A stretch of 64,000 nt of DNA from Antedon mediterranea. Lineage: Eukaryota; Animalia; Echinodermata. Where the stretch lies: assembly GCF_964355755.1 (NCBI RefSeq), contig NC_092675.1, forward strand, positions 4,645,812 through 4,709,811, given 5' to 3'. Shown piece by piece: positions 14,301-27,892 of the stretch (positions are counted from its first letter, which is position 1; each line of letters begins with the position of its first letter). The notes below the pieces were generated by a model, which worked only from the letters and a program-made list of their open reading frames with translations, was not told where the DNA came from and made no database searches. Position numbers and translations under genes: made by a program.

Positions 14301-17300
14301 CTGACGTCACAAACAGGCTGCCATGAGCACAAGATGGCGATTTTCAAATGTCTTGAAAACCGCTTTAAAATCCTGTTTACTAGAAAACTACAAATCCGAT
14401 TTAAACATAAATTGTGCTGAATATTAAGTTGGTAGGGTTACTTTTATAATAGTTAGGTAAGATATTAGGGTGTTCCTTTCCTTTAAAACTAGAGCTGTAG
14501 GTCTTCAAAAAATTGCATTTTATACTTTGGAAACGTCAGGCCTAGAGGCTTAAAGTGGAGCTACACTCAGACTTTCTCAGCTTATATTATGTTTAAGTAT
14601 GTTTAATTGAAAGTGATTACATAAAAAAAACCAGGAAAAATACGGAAATATTTTCCAAAAACTCATTTCTAAAAAAATCGGTCAGAAAATAGTGTTTTAA
14701 CAAATTACAGTTTTTCAGTAACTTAGGGGTTATTAGTTTACAATACGTCGCGAAACGCGTTACACTTAGCGACTGACGCGTTTTAGTCGCCGGTTCAACG
14801 CATTGATGAAATGTCTCCCCTTTGGTAAATTATGTGTCGAAAAATGGGGAATAAATTTTATACACACAATTAATACGATTTGTTTAGGCCTAAGTAATAT
14901 TTCCGATAAGAATGTCAGTATAATTTACATGTAACCTCATGATTTTCACTGTACAACAACAGCATAATAATCTTATCAGATTGCTTTTAACTTTAAGCTA
15001 GGGCTAGGCCTAGCTAAGCCGTCTGCTCAGCCAAGCTAGCCTTGAATTTTTGTCTAGAGGCCTATGTATTCATAGGCATGGTCGTTTCGCCCCATTTATC
15101 GTTCCTGGGTTTTCTCGCACATTAAGAATTGTGAAACACACAATCCTATACAGAACAAGAGTAGTAAAGAGTAGTAAAGCGATGTGCAAGCTTAGACCTG
15201 ACTGAAAAGCAACTATTCAGGCACCCTATCATGGCCCATGGGTAGGCCAAGGTCGGGTGCCAGCAAAACAAACTTCACTGCTGTCAGCCTAGCCTAGCTA
15301 GAGGCCAAGCAGCAACGGTACATACCTACACTCTAGTAGGCCTAGGCCTAGCTTTATTGAATATATAGCCACGTCTTTCTCAAATCTCGTTAAATTTGAC
15401 ATTTTAGTAATAGTCTCATAATCACATTATTACACTGTGAAACATAATAGGGTCATATTCAGAATGTTTTAATATACTTTTCGCCCGTCAAAAATAACAT
15501 CGCGACAAAATAACAGATCGCCAGCACTGCAGTAGTGTGATTGTGAAAAATGTCACGTGATCGTACTCCCTAGCAAAATAAAAAACCCAATTGGACCCGA
15601 ACGGGGGAAAGTGTCTATTTACGCAAAATTGCGCAATGTATACGTGATAAAAATACCAGAAATAGAAAGATCTGGAAAAATTACATAAATATACATTTTA
15701 CATTTTTTTTTTGGTGAAGAAATGAATTTTTTAGGATTATTCAAATATACCCCCCTTTTGCATGTAAAAGAATAGGAAATTACAAGGTATCCCCCCAAAA
15801 CGCAAAAAGGCGTGATTTTCAAGAAAATCGTACTCATTGAAAAAAATTTCAAAAAAATATGAAGTATAAGGGATGATATTTTTAAATAATAGTTGAAATG
15901 TATGAGAAATAGTAATTTTCTGGGTGGAGCTCCACTTTAAAAAACGCAAGCGTAGACCTTTTTCAGTCGGGGAAATAAGGTTATTCCTCCCAAGTGTACT
16001 GTATGCGTGCGTACCATCTGGACTTCCGAGTGGTGAGAAATTCATGACATAGGCCTACAGGATATTGAAAATGTAATAACTTAGCTATAATAAGATGTTG
16101 GCTAAGCGAAAATAGCATGTTTTTTTGTTTAGTACGGAATGGATGAAAAATTTATTTTAGGTGCCCCACGGTACAGAAGGTTACTTGTAAATTAAAAAAT
16201 TGGTGAACATACGAACAATTAACATAATTCGTTTTTGCTGTAGTGTAGCGTACGTCGACGCAGTACACGACGTAACCGTCGGTAAACTTCGCCTGGAAAA
16301 TAACTACAGTACACATTTTGGTCCCTGGATGAAACATGATATTACGCGTCTCGACCCAACGTTGAACGATTCGTACAAAGGGATACGGCCAGACAAGTGC
16401 GTACCTAGCTATTGTTTAGTAGTAAGTTTAGATCGCTGGCAATAATGAATGCATATAAAGTGCATAATATCACTCTGACGTACTCTCACGGTCAATGAAA
16501 CGTCGCGGGTTTCTAGGCGCTGAAGCTAACTACGAAGTGAACGCGAACGCTTTTTACTGTATATTATATTCCCCGACAAAAAGTACCCGTGTTTCCTTCG
16601 GTAACCGTCGGTAAACTTCGCCTGGAAAATAACTACATTACACATTTTGGTCCCTGGATGGAACTTGATATCACGCGTCTCGACCCAACGTTGAACGATT
16701 CGTACAAAGGGATACCGCAAGACAAGTGCGTACCTAGCTAATGTTTAGTAGTAAGTTAGATCGCATAAAAGTGCATATTAGCCCTCTGACGTACTCTCAC
16801 GGTCAATTGAACGTCGTGGTTTTCTAGGCGCTGAAGCTATAGGCCTATGAAGTGAACGCGAACGTTTTTTACTGTATATTATATTCCCCGACAAAAAGTA
16901 CCCGTGTTCCCCGAAGGAGGGGGGGGGGGGGCTCCCCGGGGGGGGGGGGGGGCTGCTCCCCGACGAGGGTGTAGAGCCCCCGTAGCCCCCCTGCTGGCAC
17001 CACCACTGAGTAGTAGTACTTTGTTTTGGTAAGTTTGTACACATTTCCCACAAACCACAACAGATATTTACTGAAACCGACAAATCACTGCATCTCACAA
17101 GCGTAGAAAGAGTGTCTTTATGAAACCTTGCTTAAAAGAATGATGAATGTTATACAAGGAGAGATTTGCAAATTTGTATTTTATTTGTACAGTAGTACCA
17201 TCAGTGGCGGATCTAGGGGGGGTGAATAGGGTGGCTAGCCACCCCCCTTAATTCACAAAAAAAAAAAAAAAAGATGCAACCTAATCGCGATTGACCGTCG

Positions 17301-20300
17301 CTAGACGTGGATTAATCTTTTAATTAAGAAGAGTAGGCCTAGCTAGGCCCTACTAGAGCTAGGGTTAGCATTAATAGTTGTGTGTAAATAGGCCTACACA
17401 GTGAAAGAGCTATAGAGTTTAATTACTATTATGAATTCAAGAGTTTAAAAAGAAAACACGATTTACAATCTTCGGAAAATACCCATTTTCAAAACACACG
17501 CACTCCTAAAACTACCAGCGTCACGTTGTCAAGCTCGCTCCTCGCGTGAATGCTGACGTCATCACTCTCCAAAATACACCATTTTCCATTGCAGTTAATT
17601 TCCGCCGCCCTGGTCCGTGTGTGCACAAAGCGTTGGCGTGGTATATTTACACCCCTGAGTGGAGTGTAATATCGGGAACTTTTTTCTCGCGCATGAAAGT
17701 TTTTTGTATAATATTATGGTATGCAGTATAAACGATAAAAATAAACGAGAAACATGGTGTTCTTTTATTATTTTATAGGCATAAAATAAACATGAAATGT
17801 CTTGTATGTACACACGGGACGGCCGAAAAAAGTATGTGGCGTATTTGGCGTTTTTTTTATTTGTGTTATAGACACGGCGATTACTGCGATCATTGTATAC
17901 CAAATTACATTGAGTTATTCACCCGGCTGTAGGGTATATATCTCTGAGGTTAACAGACCACCAAAACACGGTACACAACACATGCACTCTATCGAGGCAT
18001 TTTCGGAGTACCGCATTACCAAAATGTTCATTTTGTTTGAAGGTTTTTCGATCAAAGTTTATTATTAGTTCGTCGAAAAAGATCCGTACAGTATTTAGGA
18101 AGGATGTATTTAACTTTACATTATGTAATATTTGTTATTAAGTGTGATGGAAACAGTTTCTCTAGCCTATTAAACAGTGTGTAAGCATCTATTTTTTCAA
18201 AAATTTTCGGAGCCTCGGGAGGGGGACACCCCCTCCCAAACCCTCCCCCGCTCGGTGCTACGCACCTCGTTTGCCATTTTCGTGGCCACCCCCCCTCGTC
18301 AGAACCTATATCCGCCACTGTACCATACAGTAGTATAGTATACCACAATACTTTGTTTGATAAGTTTGTGCACATTTCCCACAAACCACAACAGATATTA
18401 CCAATATTATGTTTATTTAGATGCTTATTATCTGATAAGTGTAATTGTTTTGTAAAGATTCATATTCTGATTAAAAGTAGGCAGGTTCCTATCTGTTGTA
18501 TTGCAGTATTTGCATTACTATAATCTATATATAATAAATAAGATTGGAATAACAAATAAATTCTAATGTAAATTGGCATAGTACTAGAGTATACAGTAGA
18601 TAAAGATATAAATAACACATTTTATACAGAAGCTATATTAATAATTTCCTGACACAGTTTTTTTTCTGTTGTGATTAACTTTTATAATTGAACTTGACCT
18701 CAATTCATTGGTCAATGCTACAAATCTTATCCGAATTAAAGAACATACAGTCTAAGTATCAATATGTGTCACTGTCATTGATATTTTTTAAATTTCATTT
18801 CTGATCAAATACGAATTTGTTTATAAAATATTGTAATATTTCATTTTGTTAATGCCTAATATAAGAATCCTGTACTTTGGTTACTGTAGACCATATATTA
18901 AATCATATGACATTTTCTAATATTTATTATTAGGCCTATGCAGTACATTGTATAGGCTACTGTGTGCGATTAATCAAATTACTCTCTTTGTGTACGTCCT
19001 AGTGGGAAGAAAGTTTTACTAATAGTCTCATTGTCTTTCTCTAAATTAAGGTATAAAATGTTGATTAATATAAACATAAGGCAACAATAATCATTGTTAA
19101 TAAAAATAATAATTAATATAACAGATTTATTTTCGATAAGCTCTGTTATTTACCAAAAAATGTGATGTGCCCATGGACACTGTGATGTCATATCACTATA
19201 CCATATTTGGTCACATCACACTTTTTTTTTTCGAACTAGTTTGATGTATAGACAGAGCCTTACGGTAAGAATGCAAATCTGCACAAGGTTTGTAGGAGAA
19301 CATGGCCATTTTATAAATTAAACATATGGTGAAGTAGATTGCATTGACCTTATTAATATTATTATGAGTACACCTACAGTATGAGAGGCATGAATACCAG
19401 AACCCCTGCTCTGAGGCTGAATTTCACTGCAAAGACATAAGTACACAGTACTATGTTACGAACTGCTAAATAAAAGGCAGTTTTAAAATAATGAAATTGA
19501 TATGTTTTTATTACATTGTAAATTAAATGGTCTCTTTATGCTATTGTCAATTATTTAAACAGTTTTTTTCAAAATTCAATTTAATAGCTATGCTGCTAAA
19601 ATTATTGATGGAAAAGCTGTGGCTGAACAGGTGACGCAGGAAGTAAAAGAAGATGTTTCTGAATGGGTAGCTAAGGGCAACAGACAACCTCATTTAAGTG
19701 TCATTTTAGTTGGTGATGATCCTGCAAGTAAAACATACGTTAGAAACAAAACAAAAACAGCAGAAAAAGTTGGTAAGATTATTATGTCATCATCTTATTA
19801 AACCATTTCCCACTACGCAGAAGTTTTCGTTCTGAAGCGGATCTTCTTATGTTAACATCACCTAGAACCATGGAGGTATAAATACAGGCTTCTTTGCTCA
19901 GGCACCAACTTCCTCACTCCATCCCCATACGTCCTCAATTGGTTGAAAGCGAAGTTTGCCCTTTGTTATAAAGCGGAGACAGCTCCAGCGTTTCTGCTCA
20001 ATTTGTGCTCCGAAATAACCGGTTAAATCAATGGGTGGTTGTTGAAAAAAATCGTTAGAATTACCCAAAATGCAATTGGTCGTGGCAGTTAATTCAAACG
20101 TTACTGTCGTGTAGTTGACTCTGGGTTAGCAGCTGTCAAAAAAATAACCGTTATTTTGTGTAAAAGCTAAAAGTTGCCCAGCGATAACCAGTTAAATCTC
20201 ATTGGTCTAACCACAACATATGTTTTATAAAATATTAATTGATACTATAGGGCATCTTACCTCATAATCTTAAAAAAAAAACAATGAATTCAATTTAACC

Positions 20301-23300
20301 AGATTACTTAATTCCTGTTTTTATTTTTTTCAATTACTGCTCAAGAAAAAACTATTTATTGTTACATTGCCAGTTCAAAATGCTTTTTATGAAAGTGTGA
20401 CCATATTTCCATAAATTTAAACACATAAAGATAGATCATGAAAATGAATAATATTTTCATTGTTTACTCAACTACTCTATTATTAACCATATGGTCATAC
20501 TGTGTCATTCAACCATATTTATTTTTATTGTATGAAAGTAATATTCTATTCTATATTATCCAGCAGAATAAATCTTGTAAAATTACCTATTATTGTAAAA
20601 GGTATTCCACCTTTAAGATCAATTGTGATTTAAGGAATCGTAGAATGGCTTTTTGAAATTTGATGTTTTTGTTAACATTTTGATTATAGATGTAATTATA
20701 AAAAAAAAAAAATTTTTTTTTTAATTTTTAGGAATAACAAGTGAAACGATACGAAGACCTTCTAATATCACGCAAGAACAACTGCTGAAAGAAGTCCAAG
20801 AGCTGAATGAGAACCCAGAGGTTGATGGGATACTCGTACAGCTTCCAGTCCCACAACACGTCAATGAACGTCTTATCTGCGACGCTGTTAGCCCACAGAA
20901 AGACGTCGATGGATTTCATATGATAAACATCGGACGATTATGTCTAGATATACCGACTATGATACCTGCTACGCCGTATGGTGTCATGGAACTTATCAGA
21001 CGTTATGGTACAATTATTTATGATTGAATTAAAGCATTGTCCCCACAGCATTTATTGTCCAATATAATTTAATTATAAAGCTGTGCATTAGAAACTAAAA
21101 AAACAAAAAATATAAAAATACCGTTAAAACATCAATATACACAATACAAACCTTTTGATGTTTATGATATTATTATACATAATGATTTTTTTTTCTTATA
21201 GCAAAAAATACTCCAATAAAAATTAATATACTTTAACAATCAAGAATTTAAAATTGTTTCACATTATTGTATATATTCAGAGAGTGTTTATATATTTAAA
21301 GTAAAGTATCATTATTTAATATTCAATGTATATCCTTTGTCCTTCATCATTGTTGATGGTGTTACAGCAATGTTTCTTTTGTTTGTATAATTTTTATGTT
21401 TCATATGGACAGTTTGTCCGAAATAAATGTTGAATAAAAAATAATTTATTCATTCAAAAATTTGAATCATACAATCACACAAAATCTGAAATATATACAA
21501 TTTGTTTTATAATTATTATTATCTGATTTTCTTCTATCTAAAATGAATCACACATCAATGTTATTAAGCTGGGTGTGTTTCTGATACTTAAGCTCTGTCT
21601 ACACTATCAAACTAGTTGACAAAAAAAGTGTTTTGTGCCCAAATATGGCAGTATATGTGTCCATATATGGGCACGTATCATATATCATATCATTTATTTC
21701 ACCAAATACAGTACAAAGTAGGACATAAAAACATTACAAAAGTAAATTAATGAAGCAGGCTCACTTAAAATTTATAATTAAAAATTACCGTCAAGAGGCT
21801 CTCCATATAGAAATACTTACATAAAATGAATTACACATTACACCCACATATAAACATGAATTCCTATAATATTGAGATAAAACGGTAAAATTGGCCGTAG
21901 CTTAATTCCTAAACTTTATTGATGAATAAATGATGGATTTTCATAATAATAAAGGGTATACGTCTTGGAGATATGTATAATTAATGTCATTTTAATTTTA
22001 TAGGTATTAATCTTTTTGGAAAGAATGCTGTTGTGTGTGGAAGATCAAAAAACGTTGGTGGACCGATTGCTATGATGTTGCAGTCAGATGGAGAACACTG
22101 TAAGTTTGTATTGTGTGAAATATTTCAAATATTGTATATGATGTGTATAGTCCCATGGAATTGGGTGAAAATATTATTATATTTGAATTGCATTAACAAT
22201 GGAATTGATCAAAGTGTCCATATTTGGCCTATGGGTATGTTCAGATCTATGGAGTGATGCTTTCGTATCGCAAGTAATGTCATATTATAAATAGCGTCGT
22301 AACAGAAAAGTGTTCAGATTTGCCTAACTAACGTTTTCGTTTCAAACTGAAGTGTCACCGATTTTGGTAGGTCTGAACAGGCCACAAATTAAGGAATGAG
22401 GTTAAACATGAGTACAAGATTATACTCCGTCATACACAAAAAAAAAACCAATATAAATAAGATTTGTAGTTTCACCAATTTGATTAAATGTATTTTTGTA
22501 GTCTGCTGTAGGCTCACTATTTGTTTCTATGAACCTCGTGTATTTTAAGTGCAAACTTGACCCTTTCTAGAGACTTAAATTATTAATTCTGGTTAATTTA
22601 CACAACAAATTTCTTCTTGTGAAAAGCATCAAAGATGGGCAAAGACGCCACTACAACCGTCTGTCATCGATACACGCCTCCTGTTGAGCTGGCTAACTAC
22701 ACAAGAACTGCTGACATCATCATTACGGCGGTTGGCTGTCCTAAACTAATAAAAGCGAATATGATCAAAGAGGGCGCTGTGCTAATAGACGTTGGTATCA
22801 CACGTACCATAAATCCAGCGACAAACAAGTTCAGATTAGTTGGTGATGTAGACTTTGAAGGTAGGTGTACCGTTTTATTTTATCTATCTCAAATTAGATA
22901 TTGTTTTTAGGATATCATTGTTGGGTTATAATATCTTAGAACACATGGCTAAACCATCCTGTTTGTCCCTTGTTGGAAGACGGCCCTTCCTCTTGTTGGT
23001 TGCAAGACAGCCCTTCCTTAATTAGTTGCAAGGCCAGAGTTTCTCTTGTCGGTTGCAAGACCAAAGTTCCTTTTGTTGGTTTGCTAGACAGTCGCCCATC
23101 CCTTGTCAGTTGCAAGACAGCCCTTCCTTAGTTGGTTGCAAGACCAGAGTTCCTCTTGTCGGTTGCAAGACCAAAGTTCCTTTTGTTGGTTTGCTAGACA
23201 GTCGCCCATCCCTTGTCAGTTGCAAGACAGCCCTTCCTTAGTTGGTTGCAAGACCAGAGTTCCTTGGTTGCATTAAATATGACTTTTTCTTAAATGTTTT

Positions 23301-23421
23301 AGAAGTGTCCAAGAAAGCTTCCTACATCACGCCAGTGCCTGGAGGAGTTGGTCCAATGACAGTTGCAATGTTAATGAAGAATACCTTAATAGCTGCTAGA
23401 AAAGACATCAGCTATACGTAA
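11381..23421 (+). CDS. MTHFD2: Mitochondrial bifunctional methylenetetrahydrofolate dehydrogenase/cyclohydrolase (MTHFD2/MTHFD2L-like), 6 exons, 328 aa
   Basis: Exons 11381-11457, 19588-19772, 20732-21007, 22004-22099, 22627-22860, 23303-23421 (987 nt, phases consistent). The N-terminus [22 protein letters not shown] is presequence-like. Motifs: [99 protein letters not shown]. Confidence 0.95.
12070..12120. repeat. 18-bp tandem repeat x3
   Basis: ttatgcttaattctgaaa occurs three times, the last copy partial. Confidence 0.85.
13465..14482. mobile_element. Kolobok-like non-autonomous element nested in the hAT-like element
   Basis: Perfect 16-bp TIR aggaaaggaacaccct / agggtgttcctttcct; TTAA TSD at 13461-64 and 14483-86; purine-purine termini. 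Confidence 0.85.
14554..15936. mobile_element. Second Kolobok-like non-autonomous element nested in the hAT-like element
   Basis: Imperfect TIR agtggagctacactcaga / tctgggtggagctccact; TTAA at 14550-53 and 15937-40. Confidence 0.75.
17202..18320. mobile_element. Non-autonomous hAT-like element with an apparent 6-bp TSD
   Basis: TIR cagtggcggat / atccgccactg; subterminal gccacccccc motifs; taccat duplicated at 17196-17201 and 18321-18326. Confidence 0.8.
22960..23270. repeat. Higher-order tandem repeat (110-bp period built from subunits of about 25-30 bp) in MTHFD2 intron 5
   Basis: tgcaagacagcccttcctta recurs at 23001, 23111 and 23221; each period contains four ttgc(a/t)agac-type subunits. 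Confidence 0.9.
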
Positions 23422-26400
23422 TAAGCTGAGTTAGCCAGGGTAAAGCATTTAAAAATGTTATTTATGTTTAATACACAACAGATACATTAACAACCTCTAA
23501 TGCAGAGCACCTCATTAAATAAGGTCACATGCCTTGATTAAAATAGTTCCTGTTTCCGCTGAAAAAAAAAAAGTGGTTATTAACCGTGTGAATAAATTAA
23601 CCCCAATTTCTTGGCAGCAGAAAAAGGACAAATTGTATTGTATGTAGTAACCGGTTAAATTGCAGCCTGAAAATAACGGTTAAAAACACCCAATTGATTC
23701 GGTGTTAAAAGACCATTTACTAGCTACTTTTAATAACGGTTATTTGATTGACAGCCGCTGGCCTTGAATTAACCACCAGGACCAATTGCATATTGGGTTA
23801 TGCTTACAATTTCTGTCAACGACCACCCACTGATTTAAACTGTTACTTAATAGGAGTAAAATTGAGCAGAAATGCAGTCAATATAAAAATTGTATTTTAA
23901 ATCTATTTTGAAATAAACAGTTTATTTGGCGCTATGCAGCAGAAACAGACCCATAGACTGTTAAAAATAATAGCATCTTGTGACCAGTAAACCAGTGCTG
24001 CAGTAGGTCAGTGTGCCAAATTTGAATAATAATGTAATGAGATAATTAACATTATTACTACGAGGTGTTGTATACATTTTGGTATATTTATATGCATCTA
24101 TAGAAGCCAATATTATTATAGCAAACCACTTTAAATAAACAAATGCTGCAGTAGATTTTTGTGCAAGACTTAAATATCAGCTAATTAACATAAAGTGACT
24201 ACAGTACAGATGCTGCAAGGTATTCAATATTGTGTATGATTAATTCTGAATCCCTCCAATCATGACCACCTATGATGTACTAATGATCACATGACATGTA
24301 GCTGCACTACCATTGGTTTGGAATATGTCTATGTTTCTTATGAATAGAGATTAGCATATCATGTGTTTATGAGACTAGAATTTTCTAGAGTTTTAAAAAC
24401 TATTAGGGATTTTTTAATATGGCCAAATTCATGCTTTAAAATGTCAGAAAATTAAATATGTTGAGAAAGAATTTGAGACCTCAATTTGACACATATTCTT
24501 GAAATGTGTTTTAGGAGCTCTTGCTCAAAGCATGTGACTGTATAATAAAGGTACAGTACTAAAAAATTATGAGTTTGTTTTGACAGATTTGTGAAGCAAA
24601 ATGCCAAAAACTAGATAAAATTTATTCATAGTTTATATATATATATATATTTTGGCCATTGATAAATAGCCCAATCCAAAGGAGGCCAACAATACATTGT
24701 GGACAATGTAAAGATGTGGCTTGAAGTGTTGTCTATGGCATATTGTATAAGAATTCAACTTCTTTGTTAAATGTTGCACATTATTTACATTAAAATGTAT
24801 CATAATGGCTTGTAAAGATCTATTGTTCCCCTGAAAAAATAATTCCTAACAAAATTGTCGAATATGCCATTTTAATGTAACATAATAGTTATTCACTTTG
24901 GCCAAAAATTGGATCAGGAAAAAAAATGTATTTACCTGAAAAAAATTGGGGTTTTTTTTTCGGTTTTTTTCTACACAAGTGTTTTATTAAAACTACAAAA
25001 CAAAATAACATATTGAAAGTCTGATTTAATTAATCTTCATTTTTCATGTTTTTGGGGGACAATACATCTTTAAAATGAGCCTTCTAGAAATTAGATAAAG
25101 ATACTATTCATCCAATAGAAACATTCTATTTGATGAATATGTTTTATACACTATAAACAAGCAACTGAAAAATTGTGTGTGATAGACACCAGATATATAT
25201 ATATAATATATAGTATAATAATTATATTATGTAAAGGAATTTTAAATGTAAAAACAGATTTAAAATTGTACAGTCTTGGTATTGTATTATTTCTAGTATC
25301 ATAGAGAAAATCTATGTTACAGCGTCTAATGTGATGCCTGTATCATAGATCCTCACATAACTTTCCATAATACATTCATCACATGTGATACACATGAGAT
25401 GCTGTATTGTGGAGTTGATATGATACTGGAAAATATTGTCATAGTGAAGATACAGCACTAAGTAATTAAATGCATACAATAATTAAACTGTAATATAAGC
25501 AAATATGCAGGAGGGAAAACGGGTGCTTGAACCAATACTAGAACTTCGTGCTTGATATGCCCTTACCATTAAACCACTGGGCCTTTTATACTGGGGTTCT
25601 GATGGGGTAGCAATTCCTTTACCCCTCTGTATACACTGTTTAACTTTAGTTATAGTGCAAATTATGTTAAGTATTATTACTTGTAGTCATTCAATGTGAA
25701 TTGTTTTACAGTTGTTCCGAAGAGCTTGAAGTAGTAGACAAGATAGATATATTTAATTTTTATAGTTGAGAAATTGTATTATATACATTTTTTATATTAT
25801 ATTCCTCATAGTTTTGTCATGCAGGTTTACATACATCTGTTGTTTTTATATTGCATGCTTTTGTCTTAATTTTAAACATTTTTTTTTTGCATGCTTTTGT
25901 CATAATTTTAAACATTTTTTAGTCCATAATTATGAAATGAAGGGCGGGGGAAACAGCATGACACAACAAACTTGCTAATGGTTAATAGTTTTTATATCTT
26001 TCTCGTGGTATTGACAACATTTTTTGTTTTAGCTGTTTAATCAAGTAAATAATGGTCATCCTTTCTTACATGCCAAATTTGTGCATTTTCTATTTGTATG
26101 AAAGTTGAATTGATGTTTGACTATTATATATTGCAATCAGCTTGCATGTTGCAGTATAATAAAGCATTGTGATACTCTCCATAGACTCAAAAATGTTACA
26201 AATATCTAGTGTTATAAATAGATCAAAAGGCAAGACCTCTGGTGTATCTGTGATACTATCATTAGGTTAAAAAACAAGAAAATGATACAATTTCTTAGTG
26301 CTAGATATATAAAATAGATCTCTACAAAGTAGGGGCATGGCTTAGTGGATTTCACAACAACTAACAAACACTTGTATATGTAAATTATCTTGTTTGAGTA

Positions 26401-26794
26401 TTATGAATATGTTTACAGAGAAGCTGAAGAATCACTGAAATATTATGATGTGCTACCAGTTAAGTATTACTAAGAGTTTTTTTTATTGGAAAAATATGTA
26501 AAATGTAATTAAAAAAATGCTTTTGTGACAAAATATTTGTTATTAGTTATAACTAATTTTTTGGTTCCATGATTTATATACAGTAATAATAATAATGCAA
26601 TATTAGCACATTTTGTAAAGCTCATATGGGTGATTTTTTAACAAATCCCTGTACTATAGTACAGGGATTATGCAAATGTTGCCCTCTCATTTGTCAACAT
26701 AAATTGGTCCTATGACATTAACACATTATACATATAGCAATATTAAAGTTTTTTAAAGTACAGGGATTTTTTTGAATAATGCCCAAAATATGCA

Positions 26795-27050
26795 CTTTTC
26801 AAAATTCAATTATTATGCAATAATATTGCTACATATGTGTGTGTATTGTGTTGTCATCTTATAGACCCATAGTAAGCAATTACATAAAAAAATAAAACGG
26901 TCAAAATTTGGATATTTTTTGAAAAAATCCCTGTGCATGGATTTTTTTCAAAATTCAATTATTATGCCATAATATTGCTACATATGCGTATATATTGTGT
27001 TTTCATCATCTTATAGACCCATAGTAAGCAGTTATGTAAAAAATAAAAGG
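26795..27050. repeat. Direct duplication of about 105 bp (period about 150 bp)
   Basis: ttttcaaaattcaattattatgc...atattgctacatatg...catcttatagacccatagtaagca occurs at about 26796 and 26945. Confidence 0.85.
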
Positions 27051-27892
27051 TTAACAAATTAGAAATTGGTTGTATGGTATCCTTACGATAACCCGACATA
27101 AATGTTCCCTAGGCCTACTATGGGAAAATGGAAAACTTTAAAACATGCATTCCAATATGCTTGAAACCAAGTCTTCTCCTTACATTTAATTTCAAACAAA
27201 ACAAACGGTAAACTATAATATGACAGTTGCAATTTCTTATATTGAAAAAAAAAACAAATAACAAAATGAAGGCAAGTCAAGAGAAAGGGTTGAACCAGGC
27301 ATTTTAGAAACCTTTGTGGTTTTCTTTTTGAGTACTCTACGCACAAATGATGCCATTAACTAAATACTCAACGAGAAAACTATACTCATATAGTACAAAT
27401 CAAACAAAATTCAAACTTGGAACCTTCTGTTTGATATCCTATTTTTAGGATTTTATGGTATTGTTCAAATAAAAACTCTACCATCTTTGAAGTGGCATTG
27501 TGATGTTTAGTATTATAACTAATACTATGGAGAAAAAAGTTACTTATTTCTTATTTCTCCATGCTAATACATAACAAATAACTTAACTTAAGTTACAATC
27601 AAGCTTAAAACAGAAAATAAGATTGCTTATTAAATTAAAATAATTAAACTAGATCTATGAGACATTTGGTTTTTTCTCAATGACCAATTTAAAATATCAA
27701 AAAAATTATATTATATTGCTCAAATAAAATCATATATTAAAACATGGTAAAACCATGGATTACACAAATTATAGATTTATTATATTAAAACATACTAGTG
27801 AATAACTAGAATCTATTATTAATTGTTATATTAAAACATATAACCCTTTTTTGTTTTAAAAGATGTTTATATAATGTCATTTCAACTGTTAT

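Larger units (their letters stand above)
12912..17008. mobile_element. Non-autonomous hAT-like DNA transposon (4.1 kb including two nested insertions) in MTHFD2 intron 1
   Basis: TIRs caggggtggcgccag / ctggcaccaccactg; 8-bp TSD agtagtag (12904-11, 17009-16). Subterminal 21-bp repeats ggggctacattccccgacgag x4 at about 12930-13010, with related motifs at the right end. Internal tandem duplication of about 320-330 bp (16272-16600, 16601-16910). No transposase ORF. Confidence 0.85.
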
